NCBI GenBank assembly: GCA_964016885.1
Contig: OZ024744.1
Location: 10,664,001-10,728,000 of the forward strand
Direction of reading: 5' to 3'
DNA: 64,000 nt
Origin: Eledone cirrhosa
Taxonomy: Eukaryota
This document shows positions 41,930 through 57,400 of the stretch, piece after piece. Every line of letters starts with the position of its first letter. The stretch's first letter is position 1. The notes below the pieces were generated by a model. That model saw only the letters and a list, made by a program, of their open reading frames with translations. It was not told the origin of the DNA and did no database searches. The translations under genes and the position numbers were made by a program.

Positions 41930-44900
41930 ACTCCAATATTTCGTGTTGTTTTACTCCAATATGTCATGCTGTTGTACTCCAATATGTTTTGCTGTTGTAC
42001 TCCACTGTGTTGTGTTGTTGAACTCCAATATGTTGTGTTGTTGTTCTCCAATATTTTGTGCTGTTGTACTCCAATTTGTGTTGTTGTACTCCAATATGTT
42101 ATGTTGTTGTACTCCAATATGTTGTGTTGTTGTACTCCAATATGTTGTGCTGTTGTACTCCAATATTTCGTGTTGTTGTACTCCAATACGTCGTGTTGTT
42201 GTACTCCAATATGTTTTGATGTTGTACTCCAATATGTTGTGTTGTTGTACTCCAATATGTTTTGATGTTGTACTCCAATATGTTGTGTTGTTGTACTCCA
42301 ATATGTTGTGTAGGCGTACTCCAATATGTTGTGTTGTTGTACTCCAATATGATGTGATGTTGTACTCCAATATGATGTGATGTTGTACTCCAATGCGTTG
42401 TGTTGTTGTACTCCAATGTGATGTGTTGTTGTACTCCAATATGTTGTGTCGTTGTACTCTAATATTTTTTATTTTTGTACTCCAATATGTTGTGTTGTTA
42501 TACTCCAATATGTTGTGCTGTTGTACTCCAAATCTCGTGTTGTTATACTCCAATGTGTTGTGTTGTTATACTCCAATATGGTGTGTTGTTGTACTCCAAT
42601 ATGTTGTATTGTTTTTTCCAATATGTCATGTTATACTCCAATATGTTGTGTTCGTGTACTCCAATATGTTTGTTATTGTACTCCAATATGTTGCGTTGTT
42701 GTACTCCAATATGTTGTGTTGTTATACTCCAATATGTTGTGTTGTTGTACTCCAATATGTTGTCTTGTTGTACTCCAAAAGGCCATGTTATCGTACTCCA
42801 ATATGTCTTGTTATACTCCAATATGTCGTGTGGCTGTACTCCAATATGTCATGTTGTTGTACTCCAATATGTCTTGTTATAGTCCAATATGTCGTGTTGT
42901 TGTACTCCAATATGTCATGTAGTTGTATTCCAATATTTCGTGTTGTTGTACCCCAATATGTCGTGTTGTTTATACTCCAATATGTTTTGCTGTTGTACTC
43001 CAATATGTTGTGTTGCTGTACTCCAATATGTTGTGTTGTTATTCTCCAATATGTTGTGCTGTTGTACTCCAATGTGTTATGTTGTTATACTCCAATATGT
43101 TGTGCTGTGCTACTCCAATATATTGTGTTGTTGTACTCCAATGTGTTGTGTTGTTATACTCCAATATGTTGTGTTGATTTACTCCAATATGTTGTGTTGT
43201 TGTACTCCAATCTGTTGTGTTGTTATACTCCAATATGTTGTGTTGTTATACTCCAATATGTTGTGTTGTTTTACTCCAATATGTTGTGTTGTTGTACTCC
43301 AATATGTTGTGTTGTTGTACTCCAATATGTTGTGTTGTTGTAATCCAATATCTTGTGTTGTTATACTCCAATATGTTGTGTTGTTGTACTCCAATATGTT
43401 GTGTTGTTGTACTCCAATATGTTGTATTGTTGTTCTCCAATATGTCATGTTATACTCCAATAAGTTGTGTTATTGTACTCCAATGTGTTGTGTTGTTGTA
43501 CTCCAATATATCATGTTGTCGTACTCCAATATGTCATGTTATACTCCAATATGTCGTTGTTATACTCCAATATGTCATGTTGTTGTACTCCAATATGTCG
43601 TATTGTTGTACTCCAATATGTTTTGATGTAGTACTCCAATGTGTTGTGTTGTTGTACTCCAATATGTTGTGTAGTCGTACTCCAATATGTTGTATTGTTA
43701 TACTCCAATATGTTGTGCTATTGTACTCCAATATGTTCTGTTGTTGTACTCCAATATATTGTGTTGTTGTACTCCAATATGTCGTGTTGTTGTACTCCAA
43801 TATGTCGTGTTGTTGTACTCCAATATGTTGTGTTGTTGTACTCCAATATGTTGTGTTGTTGTACTCCAATATGTTGTGTTGTTATACTCCAATATGTTAT
43901 GTTGTTGTACTCCAATATGTCATGTTGTTGTACTCCAATATGTTTTGATGTTGCACTCCAATATGTTGTGTTGTTGTACTCCAATATGTTGTGTAGTCGT
44001 ACTCCAATATGTTGTGTTGTTGTACTCCAATATGCTGTGATGTTGTACTCCAATATGATGTGCTGTTGTACTCCAATGCGTTGTGTTGTTGTACTCCAAT
44101 ATGCTGTGTTGTTATACTCCAATATGTTGTGTTGTTGTACTCCAATATGTTGTGTTGTTGTACTCCAATATGTTGTGTTGTTGTAATCCAATATCTTGTG
44201 TTGTTATACTCCAATATGTTGTGCTGTTGTACTCCAATATGTTGAATTGTTATACTCCAATATGTTGTGTTGTTGTACTCCAATATGTTGTGTTGTTGTA
44301 CTCCAATATGTTGTGTTATTGTACTCCAATATGTGATGTTGTTGTACTCCAATATGTCGTGATGTTGTACTCCAATATGTTGTGTTGTTATACTCCACTA
44401 TTTCATGTTGTTGTACTCCAATATGTCTTGTTGTTGTACTCCAATATGTTTTGATGTTGTACTCCAATATGTTGTGTTGTTGTACTCCAATATATCATGT
44501 TGTCGTACTCCAATATGTCATGTTATACTCCAATATGTCGTTGTTATACTCCAATATGTCATGTTGTTGTACTCCAATATGTTGTGTTGTTGTACTCCGA
44601 TATGTTGTGTTGGACTATACTCCAATATGTAGTGTTGTGGTAATCCAATATGTTGTGTTGTTGTACTCCAATATATAGTGATGTTGTACTCCAATATGTT
44701 GTGTTGTTATACTCCACTATTTCGTGTTGTTTTACTCCAATATGTCATGTTGTTGTTCTCCAATATTTCGTGTTGTTGTACTCCAATATGTCATGGTGTT
44801 GTACTTCAATATGTCCTATTGTTGTACTCCAATATGTTGTGTTGTTGTTCTCCAATATGTCGTGTTGTTATACTCCAATATGTTATGATGTTGTACTGCA

Positions 44901-46920
44901 ATATATTGTGTTGTTGTACTCCAATATGTCTTGTTATAGTCCAATATATCGTGTTGTTGTACTCCAATATGTCATGTTGTTGTACTCCAATATTTCGTGT
45001 TGTTGTACACCAATATGTCGTGTTGATTATACTACAATTTTTGTTGCTGTTGTACTCCAATATGTTGTGTTGTTGTACTCTAATATGTTGTGTTGTTATT
45101 CTCCAATATGTTGTGCTGTTGTACTCCAATATGTTGTATTGTTGTTCTCCAATATGTCATGTTATACTCCAATAAGTTGTGTTCTTGTACTCCAATATGT
45201 TGTGTTGTTGTACTCCAATATGTTGTGTTGTTGTACTCCAATATGTTGTGTTGTTGTACTCCAATATATCATGTTGTCGTACTCCAATGTGTCATGTTAT
45301 ACTCTAATATGTCGTTGTTATACTCCAATATGTCATGATGTTGTACTCCAATATGTCGTGTTCTTGTACTCCAATATGCCGTGTTGTCGTACTCCAATAT
45401 TTTGTGTTGTTGTACTCCAATATGTTGTGCTGTTGTACTCCAATATGTTGTGTTGTTGTACTTCAATATGTTGTGTTGTTATACTCCAATATGTTGTGCT
45501 GTTGTACTCCAATATTTCGTGTTGTTGTACTCCAATACGTCGTGTTGTACTCCAATATGTTGTGTTGTTATACTCCAATATGTTATGTTGTTGTACTCCA
45601 ATATGTCTTGTTGTTGTACTCCAATATGTTTTGATGTTGTACTCCAATATGTTGTGTTGTTGTACTCCAATATGATGTGCTGTTGTACTCCAATGCGTTG
45701 TGTTGTTGTACTCCAATGTGATGTGTTGTTGTACTCCAATATGTTGTGTTGTTATACTCCAATGTGTTGTGTTGTTATACTCCAATATGTTGTGTTGTTG
45801 TAGCCCAATATGTTGTGTTGTTGTACTCCAATGTGATATGTTGTTATACTCCAATATGTTGTGCTGTTGTACTCCAATATGTTGTGTTGCTGTACTCCTA
45901 TATGTTGCGTTGTTATTCTCCAATATGTTGTGCTGTTGTACTCCAATGTGTTGTGTTGTTATACTCCAATATGTTGTGTTGATTTACTCCAATATGTTGT
46001 GTTGTTGTACTCCAATCTGTTGTGTTGTTATACTCCAATGTGTTGTGTTGTTATACTCCAATATGTTGTGTTGTTGTAGCCCAATATGTTGTGTTGTTGT
46101 ACTCCAATATGTTGTGTTGTCGTACTCCAATATGTCCTGTTGTTGTACTCCAATATGTTGTGTTGTTATACTCCAATATTTCATGTGGTTGTACTCCAAT
46201 ATGTTGTCTTGCTGTACTCCAATCTGTTGTATTGTTGTACTCCAATATGTTCTGTTGTTGTACTCCAATATATTGTATTGTTGTACTCCAGTATGTTGTG
46301 TTGTTGTACTCCAATATGCTGTGTTGTTGTACTCCAATATGTTGTGTTGTTGTACTCCAATATGTTGTGTTGTTGTACTCCAATATCTTGTGTTGTTGTA
46401 CTCCAATATGTTGTGTTGTTGTACTCCAATATGTTGTGTTGTGGTACTCCAATATGGTGTGTTGTTGAACTCCAATATGTTGTATTGTTTTTCTCCAATA
46501 TGTCATGTTATACTCCAATATGTTGTGTTCGTGTACTCCAATATGTCATGTTGTTGTACTCCAGTATGTCTTGTTATACTCCAATATGTCGTGTTGCTGT
46601 ACTCCAATATGTCATGCTGTTGTACTCCAATATTTCGAGTCGTTGTACTCCAATATGTCGTGCTTTTGTACTCCAATATGTTTTGCTGTTGTACTCCACT
46701 GTGTTGTGTTGTTGAACTGCAATATGTTGTGTTGTTGTTCTCCAATATTTTGTGATGTTGTACTCCAATGTGTTGTGTTGTTATACTCCAATATGTTGTG
46801 TTGTGATACTCCAATGTGTTGTGTTGTTGTACTCCAATATGTTGTGTTGTTGTACTCCAATATGTTGTGTTGTTATACTCCAATGTGGTGTGCTGTTGTA
46901 ATCCAATAGGTTGTGTTGTA
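41930..46920. repeat. ~5-kb block, near-identical to 54500-59770
   Basis: Offsets are 12565/12566 (42393/54958, 42889/55455, 44650/57216) and then 12866 (45984/58850). Shared private variants are TAGGCGTAC, TTGAATTG, TTGGACTATAC, TATATAGTGATG, TAGCCCAA and GAACTGCAA. Confidence 0.9.
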
Positions 46921-49900
46921 CTCCAATATGTTGTGTTGTTATACTCCACTATGTAGTGTTGTTATACTCCAATATTTTATGATGTTGTACTGCAATATAT
47001 TGTGTTGTTGTACTCCAATATGTCTTGTTATAGTCCAATATGCCGTGTTGTTGTACTCCAATATGTCATGCTGTTGTACTCCAATATTTCGTGTTGTTGT
47101 ATACCAATATGTCGTGTTGATTATACTACAATTTTTGTTGCTGTTGTACTCCAATATGTTGTGTTGTTGTACTCTAATATGTTGTGTTGTTATTCTCCAA
47201 TATGTTGTGCTGTTGTACTCCAATGTGTTATGTTGTTATACTCCAATATGTTGTGCTGTGATACTCCAATATGTTGTGTTGTTGTACTCCAATCTGTTGT
47301 GTTGTTATACTCCAATATGTTGTGTTGTTATACTCCAATATGTTGTGTTGTTTTACTCCAATATGTTGTGTTGTTGTACTCCAATATGTTGTGTTGTAGT
47401 ACTCCAATATGTTGTGTTGTTGTAATCCAATATCTTGTGTTGTTATACTCCAATATGTTGTGTTGTTGTACTCCAATATGTTGTGTTGTTGTTCTCCAAT
47501 ATGTTGTGTTGTTATACTCCAATATGTTGTGTTATGATACTCCAATATGTTGTGCTGTTGTACTCCAATATGTTGTGTTGTCGTACTCCAATATGTGATG
47601 TTGTACTCCAATATGTCCTGTTGTTATACTCCAATATGTTGTGTTGTTATACTCCAATATGTCATGGTGTTGTACTTCAATATGTCGTGTTGTTGTACTC
47701 CAATATGTTGTGTTGTTGTACTCCAATACGCGATGTTGTTGTACTCCAATATGTTGTGTTGTTATACTCCAATATATTGTGTTGTTATACTCCAAAATGT
47801 TGTGTTGTTATACTCCAATATGTTGTGTTTTTGTACTCCAACATGTTGTGCTATTGTACTCCAATATGATGTGTTGTTGTACTCCAATATGATGTGCTGT
47901 TGTACTCCAATGTGTTGTGTTGTTGTACTCCAATATGTTGTGCCATTGTACTCCAATATTTTTTTGTTTTTGTACTCCAATATGTTGTGTTTTTATACTC
48001 CAATATGTTGTGTTGGTGTACTCCAATATGGTGTGCTGTTGTACTCCAAATCTCGTGTTGTTATACTCCAATGTGTTGTGTTGTTATACTCCAATATGGT
48101 GTGTTGTTGTACTCCAATATGTTGTATTGTTTTTCTCCAATATGTCATGTTATACTCCAATATGTTGTGTTCGTGTACTCCAATATGTTGTGTTATTGTA
48201 CTCCAATATGTTGCGTTGTTGTACTCCAATATGTTGTGTTGTTATACTCCAATATGTTGTGTTGTTGTACTCCAATATGTTGTTTTGTTGTACTCCAATA
48301 TGTCATGTTGTTGTACTCCAGTATGTCTTGTTATACTCCAATATGTCGTGTTGCTGTACTCCAATATGTCATGCTGTTGTACTCCAATATGTTTTGCTGT
48401 TGTACTCCACTGTGTTGTGTTGTTGAACTCCAATATGTTGTGTTGTTGTTCTCCAATATTTTGTGATGTTGTACTCCAATGTGTTTTGTTGTTATACTCC
48501 AATATGTTGTGTTGTTATACTCCAATATGTTGTGTTGTTATACTCCAATATGTTGTGTTGTTGTACTCCAATATGTTGTGTTGTGATACTCCAATATGTT
48601 GTGCTGTTGTACTCCAATATGTTGAGTTGTTATACTCCAATATGTAGTGTTGTTATACTTCAATATGTTGTGTTGTTGTACTCCAATATGTTGTGTTATT
48701 GTACTCCAATATGTTGCGTTGTTGTACTCCAATATGTTGCGTTGTTGTACTCCAATATGTTGTGTTGTTATACTCCAATATGTCGTGTGGCTGTACTCCA
48801 ATATTTCGTGTTGTTGTACCCCAATATGTAGTGTTGTTTATACTCCAATTTTTTTTGCTGTTGTACTCCAATATGTTGTGTTGCTGTACTCCTATATGTT
48901 GCGTTGTTATTCTCCAATATGTTGTGCTGTTGTACTCCAATGTGTTGTGTTGTTATACTCCAATATGTTGTGTTGATTTACTCCAATATGTTGTGTTGTT
49001 GTACTCCAATCTGTTGTGTTGTTATACTCCAATGTGTTGTGTTGTTATACTCCAATATGTTGTGTTGTTGTAGTCCAATATGTTGTGTTGTTGTACTCCA
49101 ATATGTTGTGTTGTCGTACTCCAATATGTCCTGTTGTTGTACTCCAATATGTTGTGTTGTTATACTCCAATATTTCGTGTGGTTGTACTCCAATATGTCA
49201 TGGTGTTGTACTTCAATATGTCGTGTTGTTGTACTCCAATATGTTGTCTTGCTATACTCCAATCTTTTGTATTGTTGTACTCCAATATGTTCTGTTGTTG
49301 TACTCCAATATATTGTATTGTTTTACTCCAATATGTTGTGTTGTTGTACTCCAATATGCTGTGTTGTTGTACTCCAATATGTTGTGTTGTTGTACTCCAA
49401 TATGTTGTGTTGTTGTACTCCAATATCTTGTGTTGTTGTACTCCAATATGTTGTGTTGTTGTACTCCAATATGTTGTGTTGTGGTACTCCAATATGGTGT
49501 GCTGTTGTACTCCAATATGATGTGCTGTTGTACTCCAATATGTTGTGTTGTTGTACTCCAATGTGTTGTGTTGTTGTACTCCAATATGTTGTGCCGCTGT
49601 ACTCCAATATTTTTTTGTTTTTGTACTCCAATGTGTTGTGTTGTTATACTCCAATATGGTGTGTTGTTGAACTCCAATATGTTGTATTGTTTTTCTCCAA
49701 TATGTCATGTTATACTCCAATATGTTGTGTTCGTGTACTCCAATATGTTGTGTTATTGTACTCCAATATGTTGCGTTGTTGTACTCCAGTATGTTGTGTT
49801 GTTATACTCCAATACGTTGTGTTGTTGTACTCCAATATGTCATGTTGTTGTACTCCAGTATGTCTTGTTATACTCCAATATGTCGTGTTGCTGTACTCCA

Positions 49901-51890
49901 ATATGTCATGCTGTTGTACTCCAATATTTCGTGTCGTTGTACTCCAATATGTCGTGCTTTTTTACTCCAATATGTTTTGCTGTTGTACTCCACTGTGTTG
50001 TGTTGTTGAACTCCAATATGTTGTGTTGTTGTTCTCCAATATTTTGTGATGTTGTACTCCAATGTGTTGTGTTGTTATACTCCAATATGTTGTGTTGTGA
50101 TACTCCAATGTGTTGTGTTTTGTACTCCAATATGTTGTGTTGTTGTACTCCAATATGTTGTGTTGTTATACTCCAATGTGGTGTGCTGTTGTAATCCAAT
50201 ATGTTGTGTTGTACTCCAATATGTTGTGTTGTTATACTCCAATATGTAGTGTTGTTATACTCCAATATGTTATGATGTTGTACTGCAATATATTGTGTTG
50301 TTGTACTCCAATATGTCATGCTGTTGTACTCCAATATTTCGTGTTGTTGTACCCCAATATGTCGTGTTGATTATACTACAATTTTTGTTGCTGTTGTACT
50401 CCAATATGTTGTGTTGTTGTACTCTAATATGTTGTGTTGTTATTCTCCAATATGTTGTGCTGTTGTACTCCAATGTGTTATGTTGTTATACTCCAATATG
50501 TTGTGCTGTGATACTCCAATATGTTGTGTTGTTGTACTCCAATCTGTTGTGTTGTTATACTCCAATATGTTGTGTTGTTATACTCCAATATGTTGTGTTG
50601 TTTTACTCCAATATGTTGTGTTGTTGTACTCCAATATGTTGTGTTGTAGTACTCCAATATGTTGTGTTGTTGTAATCCAATATCTTGTGTTGTTATACTC
50701 CAATATGTTGTGTTGTTGTACTCCAATATGTTGTGTTGTTGTTCTCCAATATGTTGTGTTGTTATACTCCAATATGTTGTGTTATGATACTCCAATATGT
50801 TGTGCTGTTGTACTCCAATATGTTGTGTTGTCGTACTCCAATATGTGATGTTGTACTCCAATATGTCCTGTTGTTATACTCCAATATGTTGTGTTGTTAT
50901 ACTCCAATATGTCATGGTGTTGTACTTCAATATGTCGTGTTGTTGTACTCCAATATGTTGTGTTGTTGTACTCCAATACGCGATGTTGTTGTACTCCAAT
51001 ATGTTGTGTTGTTGTACTCCAATATATTGTGTTGTTATACTCCAATATGTTGTGTTGTTATACGCCAATATGTTGTGTTTTTGTACTCCAACATGTTGTG
51101 CTGTTGTACTCCAATATTGTTGTACTCCAATATGATGTGCTGTTGTACTCCAATGTGTTGTGCCGTTGTACTCCAATATTTTTTGTTTTTGTACTCCAAT
51201 ATGTTGTGTTTTTATACTCCAATATGTTGTGTTGGTGTACTCCAACATGGTGTGCTGTTATACTCCAATGTGTTGTGTTGTTATACTCCAATGTGTTGTG
51301 TTGTTATACTCCAATATGGTGTGTTGTTGTACTCCAATATGTTGTATTGTTTTTCCCCAATATGTCATGTTATACTCCAATATGTTGTGTTCGTGTACTC
51401 CAATATGTTGTGTTATTGTACTCCAATATGTTGCGTTGTTGTACTCCAATATGTTGTGTTGTTATACTCCAATATGTTGTGTTGTTTTACTCCAATATGT
51501 TGTTTTGTTGTACTCCAATATGTCGTGTTGTTGTACTCCAGTATGTCTTGTTATACTCCAATATGTCGTGTTGCTGTACTCCAATATGTCATGCTGTTGT
51601 ACTCCAATATGTTTTGCTGTTGTACTCCACTGTGTTGTGTTGTTGAACTCCAATATGTTGTGTTGTTGTTCTCCAATATTTTGTGATGTTGTACTCCAAT
51701 GTGTTGTGTTGTTATACTCCAATATGTTGTGTTGTTATACTCCAATATGTTGTGTTGTTATACTCCAATATGTTGTGTTGTTGTACTCCAATATGTTGTG
51801 TTGTGATACTCCAATATGTTGTGCTGTTGTACTCCAATATGTTGAGTTGTTATACTCCAATATGTAGTGTTGTTATACTTCAATATGTTG
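46540..51890. repeat. Duplication at ~3.25-kb spacing (~46.5-48.7 kb vs ~49.8-51.9 kb)
   Basis: Offsets are 3294 (46574/49868), 3250 (47228/50478, 47532/50782) and 3220 (48242/51462). Shared variants are TACGCGATG, GTTATGATAC and GTGTTTTTATAC. Confidence 0.8.
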
Positions 51891-54499
51891 TGTTGTTGTA
51901 CTCCAATATGTTGTGTTGTTGTACTCCAATATGTGATGTTGTTGTACTCCAATATGTTTTGCTGTTGTACTCCACTGTGTTGTGTTGTTGAACTCCAATA
52001 TGATGTGTTGTTGTTCTCCAATATTTTGTGCTGTTGTACTCCAATTTGTGTTGTTGTACTCCAATATGTTGTGTTGTTGTACTTCAATATGTTGTGTTGT
52101 TGTACTCCAATATGTTGCGTTGTTATACTCCAATATGTTGTGCTGTTGTAATCCAATATTTCGTGTTGTTGTACTCCAATACGGCGTGTTGTTGTACTCC
52201 AATATGTTTTGATGTTGTACTCCAATATGTTGTGTTGTTGTACTTCAATATGTTTTGATGTTGTACTCCAATATGTTGTGTTTTTTGTACTCCAATATGT
52301 TGTGTAGTCGTACTCCAATATGTTGTGTTGTTGCACTCCAATATGATGTGATGTTGTACTCCAATATGATGTGATGTTGCACTCCAATGCGTTGTGTTGT
52401 TGTACTCCAATGTGATGTGTTGTTGTACTCCAATATGTTGTGCCGTTGTACTCCAATATTTTTTTATTTTTGTACTCCAATATGTTGTGTTGTTATACTC
52501 CAATATGTTGTGTTGTTATACTCCAATATGTTGTGCTGTTGTACTCCAAATCTCGTGTTGTTTTACTCCAATGTGTTGTGTTGTTATAATCCAATAAGGT
52601 GTGTTGTTGTACTCCAATATGTTGTATTGTTTTTTTCCAATATGTCATGTTATACTCCAATATGTTGTGTTCGTGTACTCCAATATGTTGTGTTATTGTA
52701 CTCCAATATGTTGCGTTGTTGTACTCCAATATGTTGTGTTGTTATACTCCAATATGTTGTGTTGTTGTACTCCAATATGTTGTCTTGTTGTACTCCAAAA
52801 GGCCATGTTATCGTACTCCAATATGTCTTGTTATACTCCAATATGTCGTGTGGCTGTACTCCAATATGTCATGTTGTTGTACTCAAATATGTCTTGTTAT
52901 AGTCCAATATGTCGTGTTGTTGTACTCCAATATGTCATGTAGTTGTATTCCAATATTTCGTGTTGTTGTACCCCAATATGTCGTGTTGTTTATACTCCAA
53001 TATGTTTTGCTGTTGTACTCCAATATGTTGTGTTGCTGTACTCCAATATGTTGTGTTGTTATTCTCCAATATGTTGTGCTGTTGTACTCCAATGTGTTAT
53101 GTTGTTATACTCCAATATGTTGTGCTGTGCTACTCCAATATATTGTGTTGTTGTACTCCAATGTGTTGTGTTGTTATACTCCAATATGTTGTGTTGATTT
53201 ACTCCAATATGTTGTGTTGTTGTACTCCAATCTGTTGTGTTGTTATACTCCAATATGTTGTGTTGTTATACTCCAATATGTTGTGTTGTTTTACTCCAAT
53301 ATGTTGTGTTGTTGTACTCCAATATGTTGTGTTGTTGTACTCCAATATGTTGTGTTGTTGTACTCCAATATGTTGTGTTGTTGTAATCCAATATCTTGTG
53401 TTGTTATACTCCAATATGTTGTGTTGTTGTACTCCAATATGTTGTGTTGTTATACTCCAATATGTTGTGTTGTGATACTCCAATATGTTGTGCTGTTGTA
53501 CTCCAATATGTTGTGTTGTTATACTCCAATATGTTGTGTTGTTTTACTCCAATATGTTGTGTTGTTGTACTCCAATATGTTGTATTGTTGTTCTCCAATA
53601 TGTCATGTTATACTCCAATAAGTTGTGTTCTTGTACTCCAATATGTTGTGTTGTACTCCAATATATCATGTTGTCGTACTCCAATATGTCATGTTATACT
53701 CCAATATGTCGTTGTTATACTCAAATATGTCATGTTGTTGTACTTCAATATGTCGTATTGTTGTACTCCAATATGTTTTGATGTTGTACTCCAATATGTT
53801 GTGTTGTTGTATTCCAATATGTTGTGTAGTCGTACTCCAATATGTTGTATTGTTATACTCCAATATGTTGTGCTGTTGTACTCCAATATGTTCTGTCGTT
53901 GAACTCCAATATATTGTGTTGTTCTACTCCAATATGTCGTGTTGTTGTACTCCAATATGTCGTGTTGTTGTACTCCAATATGTCGTGTTGTTGTACTCCA
54001 ATATGTCGTGTTGTTGTACTCCAATATGTTGTGTTGTTGTACTCCAATATGTTGTGTTGTTATACTCCAATATGTTATGTTGTTGTACTCCAATATGTCA
54101 TGTTGTACTCCAATATGTTGTGTTGTTGTACTCCAATATGTTTTGATGTTGTACTCCAATATGTTGTGTTGTTGTACTCCAATATGTTGTGTAGTCGTAC
54201 TCCAATATGTTGTGTTGTTGTTCTCCAATATGTTGTGTTGTTATACTCCAATATGTTATGTTGTTGTACTCCAATATGTCATGTTGTACTCCAATATGTT
54301 TTGATGTTGTACTCCAATATGTTGTGCTGTTGTACTCCAATATTTTTTTGTTTTTGTACTCCAATATGTTGTGTTGTTATACTCCAATATGTTGTGCTGT
54401 TGTACTCCAAATCTCGTGTTGTTATACTCCAATATGGTGTGTTCGTGTACTCCAATAGGTTATGTTATTGTACTCCAATATGTTGCGTTGTTGTACTCC

Positions 54500-57400
54500 A
54501 ATATGTTGTGTTGTTATACTCCAATATGTCGTGTTGTTTTACTCCAATATGTCATGCTGTTGTACTCCAATATGTTTTGCTGTTGTACTCCACTGTGTTG
54601 TGTTGTTGAACTCCAATATGTTGTGTTGTTGTTCTCCAATATTTTGTGCTGTTGTACTCCAATTTGTGTTGTTGTACTCCAATATGTTATGTTGTTGTAC
54701 TCCAATATGTTGTGCTGTTGTACTCCAATATTTCGTGTTGTTGTACTCCAATACGTCGTGTTGTTGTACTCCAATATGTTTTGATGTTGTACTCCAATAT
54801 GTTGTGTTGTTGTACTCCAATATGTTTTGATGTTGTACTCCAATATGTTGTGTTGTTGTACTCCAATATGTTGTGTAGGCGTACTCCAATATGTTGTGTT
54901 GTTGTACTCCAATATGATGTGATGTTGTACTCCAATATGATGTGATGTTGTACTCCAATGCGTTGTGTTGTTGTACTCCAATGTGATGTGTTGTTGTACT
55001 CCAATATGTTGTGTCGTTGTACTCTAATATTTTTTATTTTTGTACTCCAATATGTTGTGTTGTTATACTCCAATATGTTGTGCTGTTGTACTCCAAATCT
55101 CGTGTTGTTATACTCCAATGTGTTGTGTTGTTATACTCCAATATGGTGTGTTGTTGTACTCCAATATGTTGTATTGTTTTTTCCAATATGTCATGTTATA
55201 CTCCAATATGTTGTGTTCGTGTACTCCAATATGTTGTGTTATTGTACTCCAATATGTTGCGTTGTTGTACTCCAATATGTTGTGTTGTTATACTCCAATA
55301 TGTTGTGTTGTTGTACTCCAATATGTTGTCTTGTTGTACTCCAAAAGGTCATGTTATCGTACTCCAATATGTCTTGTTATACTCCAATATGTCGTGTGGC
55401 TGTACTCCAATATGTCATGTTGTTGTACTCCAATATGTCTTGTTATAGTCCAATATGTCGTGTTGTTGTACTCCAATATGTCATGTAGTTGTATTCCAAT
55501 ATTTCGTGTTGTTGTACCCCAATATGTCGTGTTGTTTATACTCCAATATGTTTTGCTGTTGTACTCCAATATGTTGTGTTGCTGTACTCCAATATGTTGT
55601 GTTGTTATTCTCCAATATGTTGTGCTGTTGTACTCCAATGTGTTATGTTGTTATACTCCAATATGTTGTGCTGTGCTACTCCAATATATTGTGTTGTTGT
55701 ACTCCAATGTGTTGTGTTGTTATACTCCAATATGTTGTGTTGATTTACTCCAATATGTTGTGTTGTTGTACTCCAATCTGTTGTGTTGTTATACTCCAAT
55801 ATGTTGTGTTGTTATACTCCAATATGTTGTGTTGTTTTACTCCAATATGTTGTGTTGTTGTACTCCAATATGTTGTGTTGTTGTACTCCAATATGTTGTG
55901 TTGTTGTAATCCAATATCTTGTGTTGTTATACTCCAATATGTTGTGTTGTTGTACTCCAATATGTTGTGTTGTTGTACTCCAATATGTTGTATTGTTGTT
56001 CTCCAATATGTCATGTTATACTCCAATAAGTTGTGTTATTGTACTCCAATGTGTTGTGTTGTTGTACTCCAATATATCATGTTGTCGTACTCCAATATGT
56101 CATGTTATACTCCAATATGTCGTTGTTATACTCCAATATGTCATGTTGTTGTACTCCAATATGTCGTATTGTTGTACTCCAATATGTTTTGATGTTGTAC
56201 TCCAATGTGTTGTGTTGTTGTACTCCAATATGTTGTGTAGTCGTACTCCAATATGTTGTATTGTTATACTCCAATATGTTGTGCTATTGTACTCCAATAT
56301 GTTCTGTTGTTGTACTCCAATATATTGTGTTGTTGTACTCCAATATGTCGTGTTGTTGTACTCCAATATGTCGTGTTGTTGTACTCCAATATGTTGTGTT
56401 GTTGTACTCCAATATGTTGTGTTGTTGTACTCCAATATGTTGTGTTGTTATACTCCAATATGTTATGTTGTTGTACTCCAATATGTCATGTTGTTGTACT
56501 CCAATATGTTTTGATGTTGCACTCCAATATGTTGTGTTGTTGTACTCCAATATGTTGTGTAGTCGTACTCCAATATGTTGTGTTGTTGTACTCCAATATG
56601 CTGTGATGTTGTACTCCAATATGATGTGCTGTTGTACTCCAATGCGTTGTGTTGTTGTACTCCAATATGCTGTGTTGTTATACTCCAATATGTTGTGTTG
56701 TTGTACTCCAATATGTTGTGTTGTTGTACTCCAATATGTTGTGTTGTTGTAATCCAATATCTTGTGTTGTTATACTCCAATATGTTGTGCTGTTGTACTC
56801 CAATATGTTGAATTGTTATACTCCAATATGTTGTGTTGTTGTACTCCAATATGTTGTGTTGTTGTACTCCAATATGTTGTGTTATTGTACTCCAATATGT
56901 GATGTTGTTGTACTCCAATATGTCGTGATGTTGTACTCCAATATGTTGTGTTGTTATACTCCACTATTTCATGTTGTTGTACTCCAATATGTCTTGTTGT
57001 TGTACTCCAATATGTTTTGATGTTGTACTCCAATATGTTGTGTTGTTGTACTCCAATATATCATGTTGTCGTACTCCAATATGTCATGTTATACTCCAAT
57101 ATGTCGTTGTTATACTCCAATATGTCATGTTGTTGTACTCCAATATGTTGTGTTGTTGTACTCCGATATGTTGTGTTGGACTATACTCCAATATGTAGTG
57201 TTGTTGTAATCCAATATGTTGTGTTGTTGTACTCCAATATATAGTGATGTTGTACTCCAATATGTTGTGTTGTTATACTCCACTATTTCGTGTTGTTTTA
57301 CTCCAATATGTCATGTTGTTGTTCTCCAATATTTCGTGTTGTTGTACTCCAATATGTCATGGTGTTGTACTTCAATATGTCCTATTGTTGTACTCCAATA

